Both the position numbers and the translations under genes were made by a program. Below the pieces are notes generated by a model. The model was not told the origin of the DNA. It was given only the letters and a program-made list of their open reading frames with translations, and searched no databases. This document shows, piece by piece, positions 50,672 through 62,986 of a stretch of DNA of 64,000 bases; position 1 is the stretch's first letter, and each line of letters starts with the position of its first letter. This DNA comes from Penicillus capitatus. Its lineage: Eukaryota > Plantae > Chlorophyta. The stretch is from contig OZ287694.1 in NCBI GenBank assembly GCA_965649825.1, forward strand, positions 929,197-993,196, given 5' to 3'.

Positions 50672-51492
50672 GATGGAAGGAATGACTTTCTAAGAAGAGT
50701 GAGAGTCGGCTAAGTGCAGATTAAAGGTTTCTTGTCTTGTATGCAATCCAAACATCCGAGAACCGCCATGGGCCGTCCACTCGTCACTGTCTCCAGAGAG
50801 CGACGTCTAGGCGTAGGATGCGTGTACACACCTTCGCTAGCAAGCACGAAGATTTTACAGTCAGACCAGACCAGAGTGAAAAGAGAGAGATCCGGGCATT
50901 CTCATTGCTCGAATGACCACAATGGTCGGTGCGCTTTGAGAGTACAATCCCGTCAGTTAATGTTGTTCTGTGTCAAATCTCTTGTCTTGTTTGCTTGGTC
51001 GAGGGCTTCTACGGTATTTCTTCACAACACGCAAACGGAAAGGCAGCTACTTGCTAGAAACAGATCCACAACAAATAAAGTGCTTGCTTGCTTATGAAAA
51101 GCTGGAACAACGAATACAACAATATGATGTATCAAACCTTGTTGTCTTGATGGATGTTGACTGCACAAGCACAAACAACCCATAGCACACAGTGTCTCAT
51201 TTGAGTACCATCGTTATTATTTCATGATGATGATGAATGTGTCTAATCACATCCCATGTACTTAATAATGCAAGGAAAAAGAAGAGGTACTCTGCTTGAA
51301 GAACCACATAAACGTAACTCAGACACAAAGACCGAAATATAACAACATCAAAGAAGACCCGTTGTGGTGATGAAGAAGAGGTCAGGTCGACAGCAAGGAA
51401 AACATGTCTGTTCTGCAAAGATCATGCTCTGTTGACACACAGAGGCCTTTCAGAAACAGACAGAGGAGCATTCACGTCGGCAGTCGCATTTC

Positions 51493-52854
51493 TCACATTT
51501 CGGAGAGGGTACGACGAAATGATGGACGTAGTCCAGTGGAACGACTGCTTTCCTTCATGGAGCTCGATGCTCGGAGATTTTTCGAGGATCTCTCGTAGTC
51601 AGAAGTGAAATCCTCTTGTTCTTTCACCAAAACAGCACGAGTGTGTAACACTTCAGCCAGCAAATCAAAGAATTCTGTCGGCTCAGATCCTTCATGGATC
51701 TCTTTCGCGTCCGGCGCACGTTCGTATTTGCTCAGCTGTTGAGCAAATTTACGAGCCCCGTCCAGGTAAGGATGCGCGTGCCTGGATCCGATCCAGATAA
51801 ACACTCTCTCAGGACCATGGATCACAAATGTTCCTCGGGGATCGAACACAATTGACGCTGGTGGTCTGGCACGAGCAGTCTGTGTACGCAATAACTGTCT
51901 TGGCACCTAATCCATTCTCACTCTTCTTCTCACTCTATTCTCAGACACACCGATGCTTACTATGTAGTTTGGCTGGTTGTAGGAGTGTGTGCCCAATCGA
52001 TAGATACGCAAAAAACCATCCGATGTGACACGAAAACGGCCACCCCAAGAAATCAACTACAATGGCATCCAATGAGCATTCGTACATGCCACGGTGTCGA
52101 CAGAGACATCATGCGTGATGTCTGTCTGTTCCTACCTGAGTGCAGAAATTGACGTTGGGGTCAACAACACCTCGACGTCCCTTCAGTTCTTCCTTTGTCT
52201 TCTCAAACGATTGTTCTTTTCTCCACATGACATAGGCAATAACCAGCGCAGCACTTCTGGAAACACCCTGTAAGCTGTCACATCAATTAACCGTCACCAC
52301 GATGTGTGATATCACACTTGTGAACAATGTACAAAAACATTTCCATTCTTCTTCTTTGCATCTTCAATGAAATCAAAGACATCGTAGAGCACAGCAAGGA
52401 TATCCTCCACTCCCGAGTCTTGCAGATAGAGTTCTTTGTAATACAGCTCCGGGTAGAAGTAGTTTTGCACTTCGAGGCGGACACAGTTGACGACGTGGGT
52501 GATGCCTTTCGCATCAAGTCGAGCCCTGTCCTGCGCCACACCTTCACCTCCAAAGTAGACGTGGTCCCAAGCCCACGAGCAATCCTGTGCAAAATAACGG
52601 AGCTTTTCTGCGCGTTGTCCCGTCTCCGTTATTCGACTTCCGTTATGATGCGCTGCCTCCGCCTGCAGCTCCCCATACTGTGTAGGGGATAGGTCGTCTG
52701 GCAGCTCCAGTAATCGCATCTGGCGTCGTTTTCCGTGGTGAGTCCCCGAAAAAAACTCAGCCGCGAAGTTCGGCAGAGCTTTTATGCGAAATCCCTTCGG
52801 CAACGCGGAACTCGTGCTTTGATTGTTTTGTTGACTCGTCCCAGGTAACAGCAT
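51493..52854 (-). CDS. MKP1: MAP kinase phosphatase 1-like dual-specificity phosphatase with gelsolin-like domain; 3' end approximate
   Basis: GITHVVNC, LYLQDSGVEDILAVLYDVFDFIEDA, VFVHCSQ|GVSRSAALVIAYVMW, FDPRGTFVIHGPERVFIWIG. Confidence 0.85.
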
Positions 52855-53056
52855 CTCAAGAATGAGTCGGACAACGGCAAATTCACTGTCTCTTCGCCCA
52901 ATAGATACCGAGCCGCGCGCGATCCAGACAACACCACCGAACGAACGCACCAATGATGTACGACGACGACGGCAACGGCAACGACGACAACGCGTAGTTC
53001 TCCCTCGACCAAAGGAACGAACACACTCGCATTGCACTTACACGCTATTCTTGCGC

Positions 53057-54250
53057 ATGGAAAGCGACGGCGATGAACACGGACCACTGCTCGTCCACGA
53101 TGACGAGAGTCTCGTCCTCGACCGCTCTTTCGTTCCAGTACCCCGAGACGGATTCCGCGACCCCGAGGATACAGAGACGCGTGTGAGCGAACGCTTTCAG
53201 CCGATGCGGACCATTGCGCTCGTTTCGTGCTATTCCGCTGCACTCGGTGTCTACATCGCTGTGCAAACTGTGTACATCACCGTATGGGGTGACGTCGATA
53301 CCGAGATGATACTGGCTGCTTCATTGCATGTGCCGTTGCTCATATTGGCGGGTGTCATGGAAGGGATCATTCGATTGGCACATCGACGGCGTCAATCACT
53401 GGGATATCTCGAATTCTATCGACAAACAAAGCGACTGCTGCCCATTCCATTCCAGACAGCTGCTTACTCTGTTGCCGCTCTGCTTCTGCTTCAGTCCCTT
53501 ACGAGGATTTCGGGATTCGTCTCGCAGAAAGAGTGCATCATTGCGATCTGCGTTCTGGAAGGATTGGCCATCAGTGTATTCGATTTCCTCTACATTCGAC
53601 GCGTGCTGCGTCACAATCGAAAAGAGACACTGCCAGATACGAGCAAATATCTTCAGTCTCCACTTACAGACATCCCCGATACGAGACGACGGAAACGCGA
53701 TGTCGTGTTCGATAATCAAGTCGAAGTCATCCGGTAACTCCAATGCTTCGAGGTATCGATCACGAGGCAGACAGATGCTGTCTGTGTACAGATATCTTCA
53801 GAAGCAGCGCAATAATTTACAGACAGAGGTTCTGAGACTGCGGGAGGCGGATCCATCGAGACGTGGGACGCCAGATGTCGTCGTGGCTTCCGATGACCAG
53901 CGATACCTCGTTGCTTCGGGAGAGCAGCGCATCCGGTCTGCCATTTCATCTGAGAGGTCTCACGCACGACAGTGCTGTGCTGTTGTATCTCTAGTGCACT
54001 GAAAGCAGAAGTGGAAACGCTCAAGCGGGAGTGCGAGACAGCAAAGGAACGATTCATTGATCGAACAGAAGATGCTCAGCGTTATCAAGCTCTGTTAGAA
54101 TTGCAGAGAAAAGAGAACCACCGATTGCGGATGACATTGGAGGAATGGTCTCGAACCAATGCCAAGCTCGAGTCGCGATTACAGAAGGCTTTGGATCGTG
54201 TGGCGGCGAAATCTGATGCACCATCAACAAGTCAAGGAGATATTTCGTAA
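53057..54250 (+). CDS. TMEM192/plant FIP1-like membrane protein with coiled-coil tail
   Basis: Four hydrophobic segments, GYLEFYRQTKRLLPIPF..AY, HN...PD...SPL, then coiled coil (YLQKQRNNLQTEVLRL; LRMTLEEWSRTNAKLESRL). Confidence 0.7.
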
Positions 54251-54271
54251 CAACATAGGGATGGATAGTGT

Positions 54272-56664
54272 TTAGTATGTGTCTTCGAAATCGGCAAAGA
54301 CATAGTAGGTCTTCACATCTGTTGCATTCATGCCATTGAAATTTGAGGCTCCAGCCAATGTGTATGCCCCCATGTCAGGAAACAGCAGCCAGTCACCCGA
54401 ATACATGTCTGGCAGCATACAGTCTTTGAGAACAGTGTCCAGTCCATCGCACGTTGGACCAAAGACCGTGCTTGGATAGCAGGAGTGATGTTGCATGGCA
54501 CGGTTGATTGTGAGAGGAATGGTTTTTGGCGAACTGTGATCGTAGAGAATGCAATTGAAGGAGCCATAGAGTCCATCGGTGATCCAGTAATCTCGCAGCG
54601 GTATTCCCGATTCTGCAAAGCGCTCCCTTCGTCCGAAAATGTAGCAGGCCAGTGTCGCACAGGTCTCGGCAAAGTAGCGACCCGGTTCAGCGATGATGCG
54701 TACGCCTTCGTCGACGGGAAAATGATGATCGAGGGCTTGATTGACGACATCTTGCATCGCATGGAACTGCTGCATGTTGTCTTTCATCTTTCCAGAACAG
54801 AATCCGCCTCCGATGTCGAGGATCGAGAGATCGAAGTCGTACTGGGCACCGATATCAAACGCACGCTTCGCTAGAGCAATGGCAGCCGAAAAGGCATCCG
54901 GATTCGTTGCCCCACTTCCCACATGAAAACTCACTCCGACGACGTCGATGCCCAACATTCTCGCTTTTTGATAAAGGGTTGGCAGATCGTACATCTCGGC
55001 ACCATACTTATTGCCCAGCAAACATCTCGCCTCTGGATCATCTGCTCGGATTCTTAACAGGGCCCGTGGATGGTGCGCATTGGCTTTCAGTTTTTCCAGT
55101 TCCGAGAGCGTATCGAATGTCGTCATCTTGACACCGTATTTTTGAGCAGCACAGATATCTTGTGGATGTTTGCATGCGTTGGCAAAGAGGATCTTGGACG
55201 GAGGAATCCCCAGATCCAATACCAGTTTGATTTCGTCCTTAGAGGCGCAATCAAATCCAGCACCCAGCGATCCCAGAAACCGAATCAGAACGGGATCTGG
55301 ATTGCATTTGACAGCATAGTATGGTTCGATACGGGGAAAGAGTCGCCTCCAAGTGAGATAGAGTTCCTGCACCGTTGTCAGATTCATGATGTAGAACGTG
55401 CTGCAAAGATTATTGGAAACGATCAGATCTCTCATGTAGCTCAGCATCTCAACACTTCCCAGATTCTCAATGCCATATCTCTTTTCAAAATGCGGCATTA
55501 TTAGAGAATCGAACTTGACATCGTCGTCCAGGATGGCAGCAGGCGCATCCTCCTCCAGCGGAAATCCTTCAAAGGTCGAGTCGACATCCGACTGACCAGA
55601 AAGACAGGACGAAGGAATCATCGTATTGGGAGACTCGATTCTTTGCACGGTACTCGCCTTGAACACGACGTGACTACCGTCCGCTAGATATTGGACTGAG
55701 AGCCCATCTGAGCAGTATCCCCTCAGGGAATGCTGCAAGTCTTTGAGTAGGAGGATGTCTTTGTATGAGGAGGAATGCAAAGAGATGTGGATATCCTGTG
55801 GAGCAAAGATGCGCAGGACTTGAGCGAGTGCCATGTTTAGACAGATGTCGTTGGGTTTGAGACAGGAGAACTCCACACTGGCATAACTGCATTGCTCCTC
55901 CGGTGTCACGTGAATGGTCAAGATTCCGCTCTTGGACAAACTGTTCAGGGAATAACCACAGGGTTCGAACATGCAATCGTCGAGCAAGGCTCCGGGCAGC
56001 AATTCTGCAATGCCACTTTCGTAGGTCGTCGTTCTGGCATCGACGAATTTTTCCGTCCGGACGAACTGCTGAGCCAATCCTGGATCGAGTCCCGTGAGGC
56101 ACATCTCCACCGAGGAGGCAACAGGAGAGAATAATCCTTCCTTTTCTGTCGCATAGAAAAGATGCCACTGTAGACCACGAGACTGATTTCCCAATACATA
56201 AGAGGCGCCATTCAGATGTGCAAAGTGCTTGTTCAATTCCTGGACTTCTTCTTCGAAGTTTTGATGAGGATAATGCTGCAAAGAACAAGTGATGTGACAG
56301 CTGAAAAGGTACTGACGATACACACCTGAGCATCGGGAAAGAGAAAACTGGCACGGCTGTATTTCACTCGTCGGACGTACATTCCCAAATCGACGGTCCA
56401 CTCGAGTAATCGTCCCAGTCCATTCAAGATTTGTGTGCGGCCGCATGTCTTGAGGATAAATGTACTGTGGCGAACGAACAAACTGCTTTCGGAGAGTACA
56501 TAGGCATCAACATCTGATGTGTGACGTGCTGAGATGATGTTACAGCGCGTCAGGTGCATCAGCTGATCCAATTGATCTCGTGATATCTGTCGCAAACCGA
56601 TCGACGACGTGCGGCAAAAACCAAACTCGATCTCAATACGTTTCTCAGATCCTTCGAAAGACAT
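54272..56664 (-). CDS. SAMDC/ODC: Bifunctional S-adenosylmethionine decarboxylase - ornithine decarboxylase fusion (~780 aa)
   Basis: Exons 56664-56326 and 56275-54272 (50-nt intron). AdoMetDC motifs: FEGSEKRIEI, YVLSESSLFV, LKTCG, FEPCGYSLN, TIHVTPE. ODC motifs in the same frame: YAVKCN, HVGSG, DIGGGF, EPGRYF, FGPTCDG, MGAYT. Confidence 0.95.
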
Positions 56665-56697
56665 GGCGACTGCTTTGTAAGAAAAAACAGTAAACGA

Positions 56698-56946
56698 TTA
56701 GTGCAGAGACAGAGACACAAGGTGGCGGCGGCTGGATCGTGGCCTGTCAGGAGGGTCTCTTGGCACACTAAACATAGAAATGCATTTGCCGTCATCAAAG
56801 GAGACAGTTTTGCGAACATCGGAGCAGCAGGGGCTAAACTTAGGGATACCACCCCACGGGCGAATTTCGCAGAAGTCCAGTGAGTCTTCCTTGCAAGCGT
56901 CGACCAACAAACAATGACTACTTGAGTCGTTTTCACCAGAGTCCAT
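56698..56946 (-). promoter_or_regulatory. Conserved-peptide uORF homologous to the land-plant AdoMetDC small uORF
   Basis: MDSGENDSSSHCLL...CEIRPWGGIPKF versus the plant consensus MESKGGKKKSSSSSSL...EDVRPNGGIKKF. Ends 33 nt before the main ATG. Confidence 0.75.
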
Positions 56947-57039
56947 GAGCGAGAGAACGAAGAGAGGCGACTTCCGCCAGCGTTGAATGCAGAAATGCGA
57001 TGAAATGGATCTTTGACGGCGAAGAAGAACGAGATGATT

Positions 57040-57069
57040 TTAATGCTGATCTGGATACCACTCTATCAT
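57040..57069 (-). promoter_or_regulatory. Candidate tiny uORF (MIEWYPDQH*) in the SAMDC-ODC leader
   Basis: ATG ATA GAG TGG TAT CCA GAT CAG CAT TAA, directly after a ttag/g acceptor-like site. Function not supported beyond position. Confidence 0.3.
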
Positions 57070-57407
57070 CCTAAGACACATAGTATACACGTCTGCAGGC
57101 ATGTGACCAACACAGAAGGCACCCAACACCTGCTAAACATACCAATGATACCTGCGTATGCGTTTACGGCATCCACTGCGCGCGCCTTCCTTAGATTTGA
57201 GCCTTGGATGGTGTCGCTGACCTGGGCTGTAGAATGATGTGACGTTTGTCGTTGCTGTATCTGGCATCGATCGCACCAGAGCCGAGATCGGATATTCATT
57301 CTGAGACTGGTCGTTGAGAAAAACTTACAAACATTCTATCAAACGTAGATACTATGCATACAAGCACAGAAACATGACGTTGATCGAATATTGTCGTCTG
57401 GCGGGGC

Positions 57408-59854
57408 TCAGGATATGGGACTTGTGCTCTCCTTGAGCCATGCCTGTGCTTCGGGGGAGAGCCTGTTCGACACCGTCTCCCAGATTCGTTGGTGATATTC
57501 GTTGATCCACGTTTTCTCCTGTACGGATAGATCTTCTATCCTCATGAGTTTCTTTTGAATCGGAACGAGAGAGATCGTCTCGAATCCTAAAAACGACATG
57601 CCCTCAAACTTGAGCGGCGTTTCTTTCTCCTTGATAATGCAGAGATTCTCAATCCGAATGCCGAAATTCCCCTTTTCATAGTAACCAGGTTCATTGCTGA
57701 CCACCATGTTCGCTTTCAGTGGCTCCTGTGCCATCAGAGCCGAAGCTCTGAAAGTGATCGCAATGGGACCTGCATCCACACCGTCTCGGTGCAACAAGGC
57801 GAGAGAGGGGCACTGCACCTTCATGAACACACATATGTGCTCCGACTCCGTGTCCCGTCCCATGCATGTACTCCAATCCCATAGCCCAAAGGGGACGACG
57901 CGCAAAAGCGTCAATGGCAATACCTGCCGTGTCTTTTGGAAAGACAGCTGTCGCCATCGCAACATGTCCTTGGAGAACGCGTGTGAAGCACGTCTTCTGA
58001 TGATCGGACGGTGTGCCCAGATGAAAGGTCCTCGTAAGATCTGTTGTCCCACAGTCATACTGCCCGCCCGAATCGATCAAGACCATCGAATTCCCATCCA
58101 CCGTGCTACAGGAGTCTGGCATTGCATGATAGTGAATAATAGCTCCGTTCGCATTCGCCCCTTAAGTCAGAACACACTGTTTATGGAAGGACCCTTCTGG
58201 AGGCGAGAATCTGTCAGACCAGCAATAGTCGGGAAGCTCACTCCCTTGAAGCCTTTCTGCTTTGCGCGTCGCGCGGTGATCTCTATATCCACATCCACCT
58301 CTGTCAACGTGCGCCCCGAAGCAATCTCCTCGTCCAACCAACTCAAGAACTCGATGACGGCAGTGGCATCACGGATGTGCGCCTCGCGCATACCATTCAG
58401 CTCTAGTGGATTCTTGATAGACATAAATGATGTCAGAGGCGTCTTGTCGCGCACAATCAGTTTGTCGCTCTGTCGCCAATATCTGTTGACATCAGGATTA
58501 GGCGCATGACAGCATACCTCTTCCCCTAGAGCCTCCCTTGCCGCCACGAATATGGCTTCGTTAACAAGTTTAGCATCGAGCCACACTTTTGATGTGTTGT
58601 TTTCACTCAGACGTCGTTTCAATCCCTCGGTGGCCTCTTCGTATGGCTTCACAGTGATGTTTACCGCTTTCAGGTAGGCCTCAACCTCTTCTGTGATTTT
58701 GGCAGGGTCTACGTAGAGATCCGCCGAATCGGGTGTGATCATGAGATAGGAAATGAAAACGGGCGAACTGTCCTCGTCTGCCCCTCTCAGATTCAGCGTC
58801 CAGGCAATTTCGTCCAGTTTCGACACCAGGAGCGTAGATGCCTCGAAATCTGACATCGCTTTTCGAATCCTCTTCAATTTGGAATCGATACTCTCCCCTG
58901 CAAACAGCACAGTATACGGCCTGGCTTCTTATCTACTGAACAGAACTTACCGGCAATCTCCATGGGGTGAATGACGATAGGCTTCGAAGGGATTTCCGGG
59001 ATATCCTCTCCCCAGACGCGGTCAACCAAATTCTCATTTAACTGAACCACCTCCAGTTGCTGGAATAAAAAGTCTGTCGTGTTCGCGACTGCTGTGCAAA
59101 GGGTATGGGGACCTTCAGTTTCTTAGACAGTGTTTCAACTTCGTTGTTTGAGTGCAGGAATGGATCAATTCCAATACGGGAGCCTGCCTTCAGTGTCATC
59201 AACAGCCATTTGGAAATCTACACATACAGTCAGTCCACCCCATTTCGCCCGGGACAGGAGACAACAGAGGGACATACGTCGGGACATTCTGGTAGACCCA
59301 TCTTCATTAGTATCCAATCTGCAGACAGTTGTTGCTCTGCTTGCAAGAAATAACGACCGTCTGTCCACAAAGCGGCAGCCTCTGCTGTGATTACTGCTGT
59401 CCCTACGGCAGACGGATGCATCATGATGCGGTGTTCTGCGTGAATCGTCTGACCAGCACTGCCGGTGAATCCGGAGATGAAGGCACGTCTTTCGAAACGG
59501 ACAGGTAAAAACTCCATGAGATGCGGATCCGCCGATGGAACGATGTAAGCCGAAACACCGGCCCCCTTCATGATCGATCGCAGTTCCTCGAGTTTTTTGG
59601 CTGCTATGGTTTCTTCTTGTCCCATCTCTGCTGTCTCTGTGCTCGCCGAGTACACGGTAAACGCTCGAGAACGTGACTGCGGATGCAGTGCCTAAGCGCA
59701 GTACCGTCATCCTCGGCAAAACCGAGCTAGAGAGTACGACAAAAGAACGCCTTTGCGTGCGAAGAGAACAAACGTGTTGTCTTTTCAGCAAATGTGCCGT
59801 AGAGAATGCGATGCGCGTGCAAGGACTGGGTCTCAGCGTGCTGAGAAACGACAT
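57408..59854 (-). CDS. Xaa-Pro aminopeptidase P (M24B), organellar presequence, multi-exon
   Basis: AYIVPSADPH..EF...RRAFISGFTGSAG, AALWTDGRYFLQA, LDEIAWTLNLRG, LIDSGGQYDCGTTDLTRT, HGTGHGVG...HEG, SNEPGYYEKGNFGIRIEN. Confidence 0.93.
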
Positions 59855-59913
59855 TCGCTTGCAATGATCATCGAATGAACTATGATGCGTAAAATTCACG
59901 TCCCGTTGACGAC

Positions 59914-61657
59914 ATGGCGAGACCGAGACAGGAAGACAATCCTAGTGCACGAGGTTCTGAAGTTTGGGATGCTGCCAAATTCATCGATCAAGTTCTCGCG
60001 GATGCATTGGTCGCTTTTCAGACTAGCTCCTCTGACAAGGTAAGCTGGCGACAGTCGTCCCCGTCCTTGAATCTGGAATGTAATTTGCCTTGTTTGATGC
60101 TCGTGGCATGGTGTTGCACATTTGGAGATTTGTCGTTTGCAGATCTCGGCAACGACTCGCAAACGAAAACAAGAGAAGAGCCTCATCGACCTCGCAGCAG
60201 CGCGAGAGAGAATGGATCATGTTATCTCACATACGAGGCAAATGGAAGGGACATTCGAAACATCTGAACGAAAACGCAAGGCCGCCGAAGAAGGGTCTCG
60301 TGAAAGCACGGATCATAAAAGTGCGATCGCTCGCTGTTTCGTCTTCTAGGCGATCGGAGATGCTCGAACGCGTCGAAGAGCTCGTTCATCAATCAGAGAT
60401 CTCGGTATCGAAGATTCGGGAGACACAAGCGGCGAAGCTGGCAGCCGAGAAGGAATGTCGTGCCCTCTCAAAGAAGGTGGGTGGTCTCTCGAACAGAAGT
60501 GGAAAATGTCGCTATCGGTGTCCCGTAGGTTGAGGTGTTGGAGGCAGAAAACCTCTCCTTGTCTCAGAGCTTAAAAGAGCGGTGCGTTATCTTTTTGTTG
60601 GCGTCGGTCTCGATTCTGTCAAATAGCGATCTAGAAACGCCAAACGCGTCGATGGAACTTGTTCTCCGCGAAGAAAACGATCAAGAACTACGTGAGCGTC
60701 ACGAATGTCTCAGTCAGGAGTTCAATGCCAAACAAGAAGAGCTGCAGCGATTGAAGGTCTCATTCGACGATGCGCAGTACAAAGTGGCGGCGCATATGGA
60801 AACGTACCGAAGGCAGAATGCAGTAATGCGCAGCGCGCATCGTTTGGGTTTCTTCTGTCTCTTTCGTTGCATTAGGTCATCGCAAAATTGACGGCTGATA
60901 ACATAATGCAGATGATACAGCTGAAAAATCAAGAAACGTCTTCTCAGCAATACAAGGCAGACTTCGAGGCAATGAAACAGGAAATCGAAACAAAGAGAAG
61001 TCAATGGTTCGATGAAGTAAGCCATAGCGTCTGGCGTCGTTTTCGAATGCTTTTGTGTAAAGATTAGATCAACAGTGGCATCGCAGCTCAGAGAGTCCTT
61101 TGAGAAATGCGAGGAGCTTCGGCAGGAAATGCAGACGGTCAGACGTGACTACGAACATCGACTTACCCTTCAGGCCGAAGAACACAGAGAACGAGAAGAT
61201 CAGATCAAGCAACTGACCCAGGAAAGGGCGAAGCTCGAAGAGCAATGGGCCTTTGCAGAAGAGCGAGAAAACAAGTGCGGCCGTGTGTCACTGTATAAAA
61301 AGATTCAGTCCATGCAGATCGCGAGAGGAGGTCGCCGAGTTAAGCCAAGAGCTACAGCAATGCGAAACACGACTGAGCGAGATGCGGACGGAGTGGAAGA
61401 CCACATCTGACGCGGCCGACGCCAGTCGCGAGGAGTTATCGGCCATGCGATCGAAAAACAGAGACATCGAAGACGCCGTACGGCGCCGAGACGAAGAACT
61501 CGAGGCCCTGCGTCGCATCAACGAACGCCTTGAAGGTGAACAAAAGAGATGTACAGAAATGCTTCAACAACAGCAACGCATCAACTCGGAACTCATGAAG
61601 CGCAAAGAGCAGGTCGAGTGGGACCTCGTCGAAGCACGCGCCTCTCAAGTCGCTTAG
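59914..61657 (+). CDS. Hypothetical coiled-coil protein, multi-exon
   Basis: Chain of E/Q/K/R-rich heptad ORFs separated by GT-AG segments; ends ELMKRKEQVEWDLVEARASQVA*. Confidence 0.6.
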
Positions 61658-62030
61658 CTGAGTGCGTACGATGCCGTCGTGTAAACGCATGGCTATTGTT
61701 TGTCGCGTGCGCTATTCTTTAGATGCCGCGGCAGCACTACAACAGTCGCATAACCGGCAGGCAAGCTAACGTCTAGGAATCAACTTCCAGCGAATCGCGT
61801 ACGAGTCATTGAGAGGCCACCGATCTCTGAGCTTAAACTGAGGGACCACGGGTGCTCAATAATCACAAACCTAGCTACTACTATGTTCACTCCGTCCAGA
61901 ACTTCCAGACGCGATCTTGTAGGATACACAAGACAACGAATGTCTATGCGTAAGGAATCCTTTGGCCATTTTGTCAATCTTCTGTTCTCCTCCCCTTCCA
62001 GAACTGTTCGGTTTGTTAAATGTCGCCGGT

Positions 62031-62986
62031 ATGTCTGCTATAGAAACGGCCGAAGGCGTTGCGATTGGCATTCCGTTTTCACTTAACTGGACAAATGTGG
62101 TGTCAGCCATGGACGTTGATGCGAAAACAGTGTCGTCTTCGTCGGACCAATCCGTACATAGACGAACAGTTGCCCTTTCAAATGCGGGCTTTGTTATGGA
62201 GCTCGCAACCGACAGCATCTGTTCGTTCTCATCGGACCTCATTTCGGATGGCAATCTTTGTTATGATTCGCATACACCTTATCATGGAGTGGTCGCAGTT
62301 CCGGATGTCCTCGTAACGAGAGGTGAAGCTCTCTATGACCTTCCCATAATAGACCATTCTAAGAAACACGCATGGTTCACTAGGCGGTACGCATCGTATG
62401 AGGACGAAATCCATGGACCATGGACGCGAGTCATGGGGCAGTAGTGTCTATTGTGACCCGCCTTACGACGACCAATGCAGTCCTATGAGTGAGAGCACCC
62501 TTCGTCGTGTGCGTTCTTCTCGAAGATGGAATCAATCTGTGGCGCGGTCATCCTCTCGCTTGTTCGATGTCCTCGAATGCGACGCTCTTGAAGAAAGTGT
62601 AGATGATAAGCTTCGGACGAGTCGTCTGTCCAGTAAGAGATCCAGCAGCGTACGGGAAAGAAATTCTGGATTGTCGTCAAGAAGCGGAATCCCAATTCAG
62701 GGCATCGCCGATAGCTTTGTTTTTAGCGCAGAAGGAAGGCCCGTATCTCAAAGCATGACAAGCACTCCGACATCGAAATCGACGTAAACCTTGTCGCTAT
62801 CTAATGCGTTCGTCCTTATCGGACGCGTGTGTGATGATCAGGATGCAATCGCAAGATCTTTGGCAATATCGCGATATGAAGGATATCCGTCCGTACCGAT
62901 CGATGACAAGGCATCGAAATTGGAGATCGTCTTTGACAAAGGTTTTCCGTTGTTGCTGCGTGCGGCCACCCAACGTAAAACAATGA
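62031..62986 (+). CDS. Hypothetical Ser-rich protein ending in a Cys cluster (RCCCVRP)
   Basis: Introns 62323-62383 and 62784-62841 join ORFs 61962, 62398 and 62804 in frame. Confidence 0.5.

Noticed and set aside
49307-56664. Polyamine cluster (spermidine-synthase-like gene near SAMDC-ODC)
   Set aside because: The 49-50 kb protein lacks recognisable aminopropyltransferase motifs, and two unrelated genes intervene.
56812-56832. TGC TCC GAT GTT (CSDV) resembling the antizyme +1 frameshift site, upstream of an ODC gene
   Set aside because: There is no in-frame TGA at the site and no antizyme ORF2 downstream. The surrounding peptide matches the plant AdoMetDC uORF instead.
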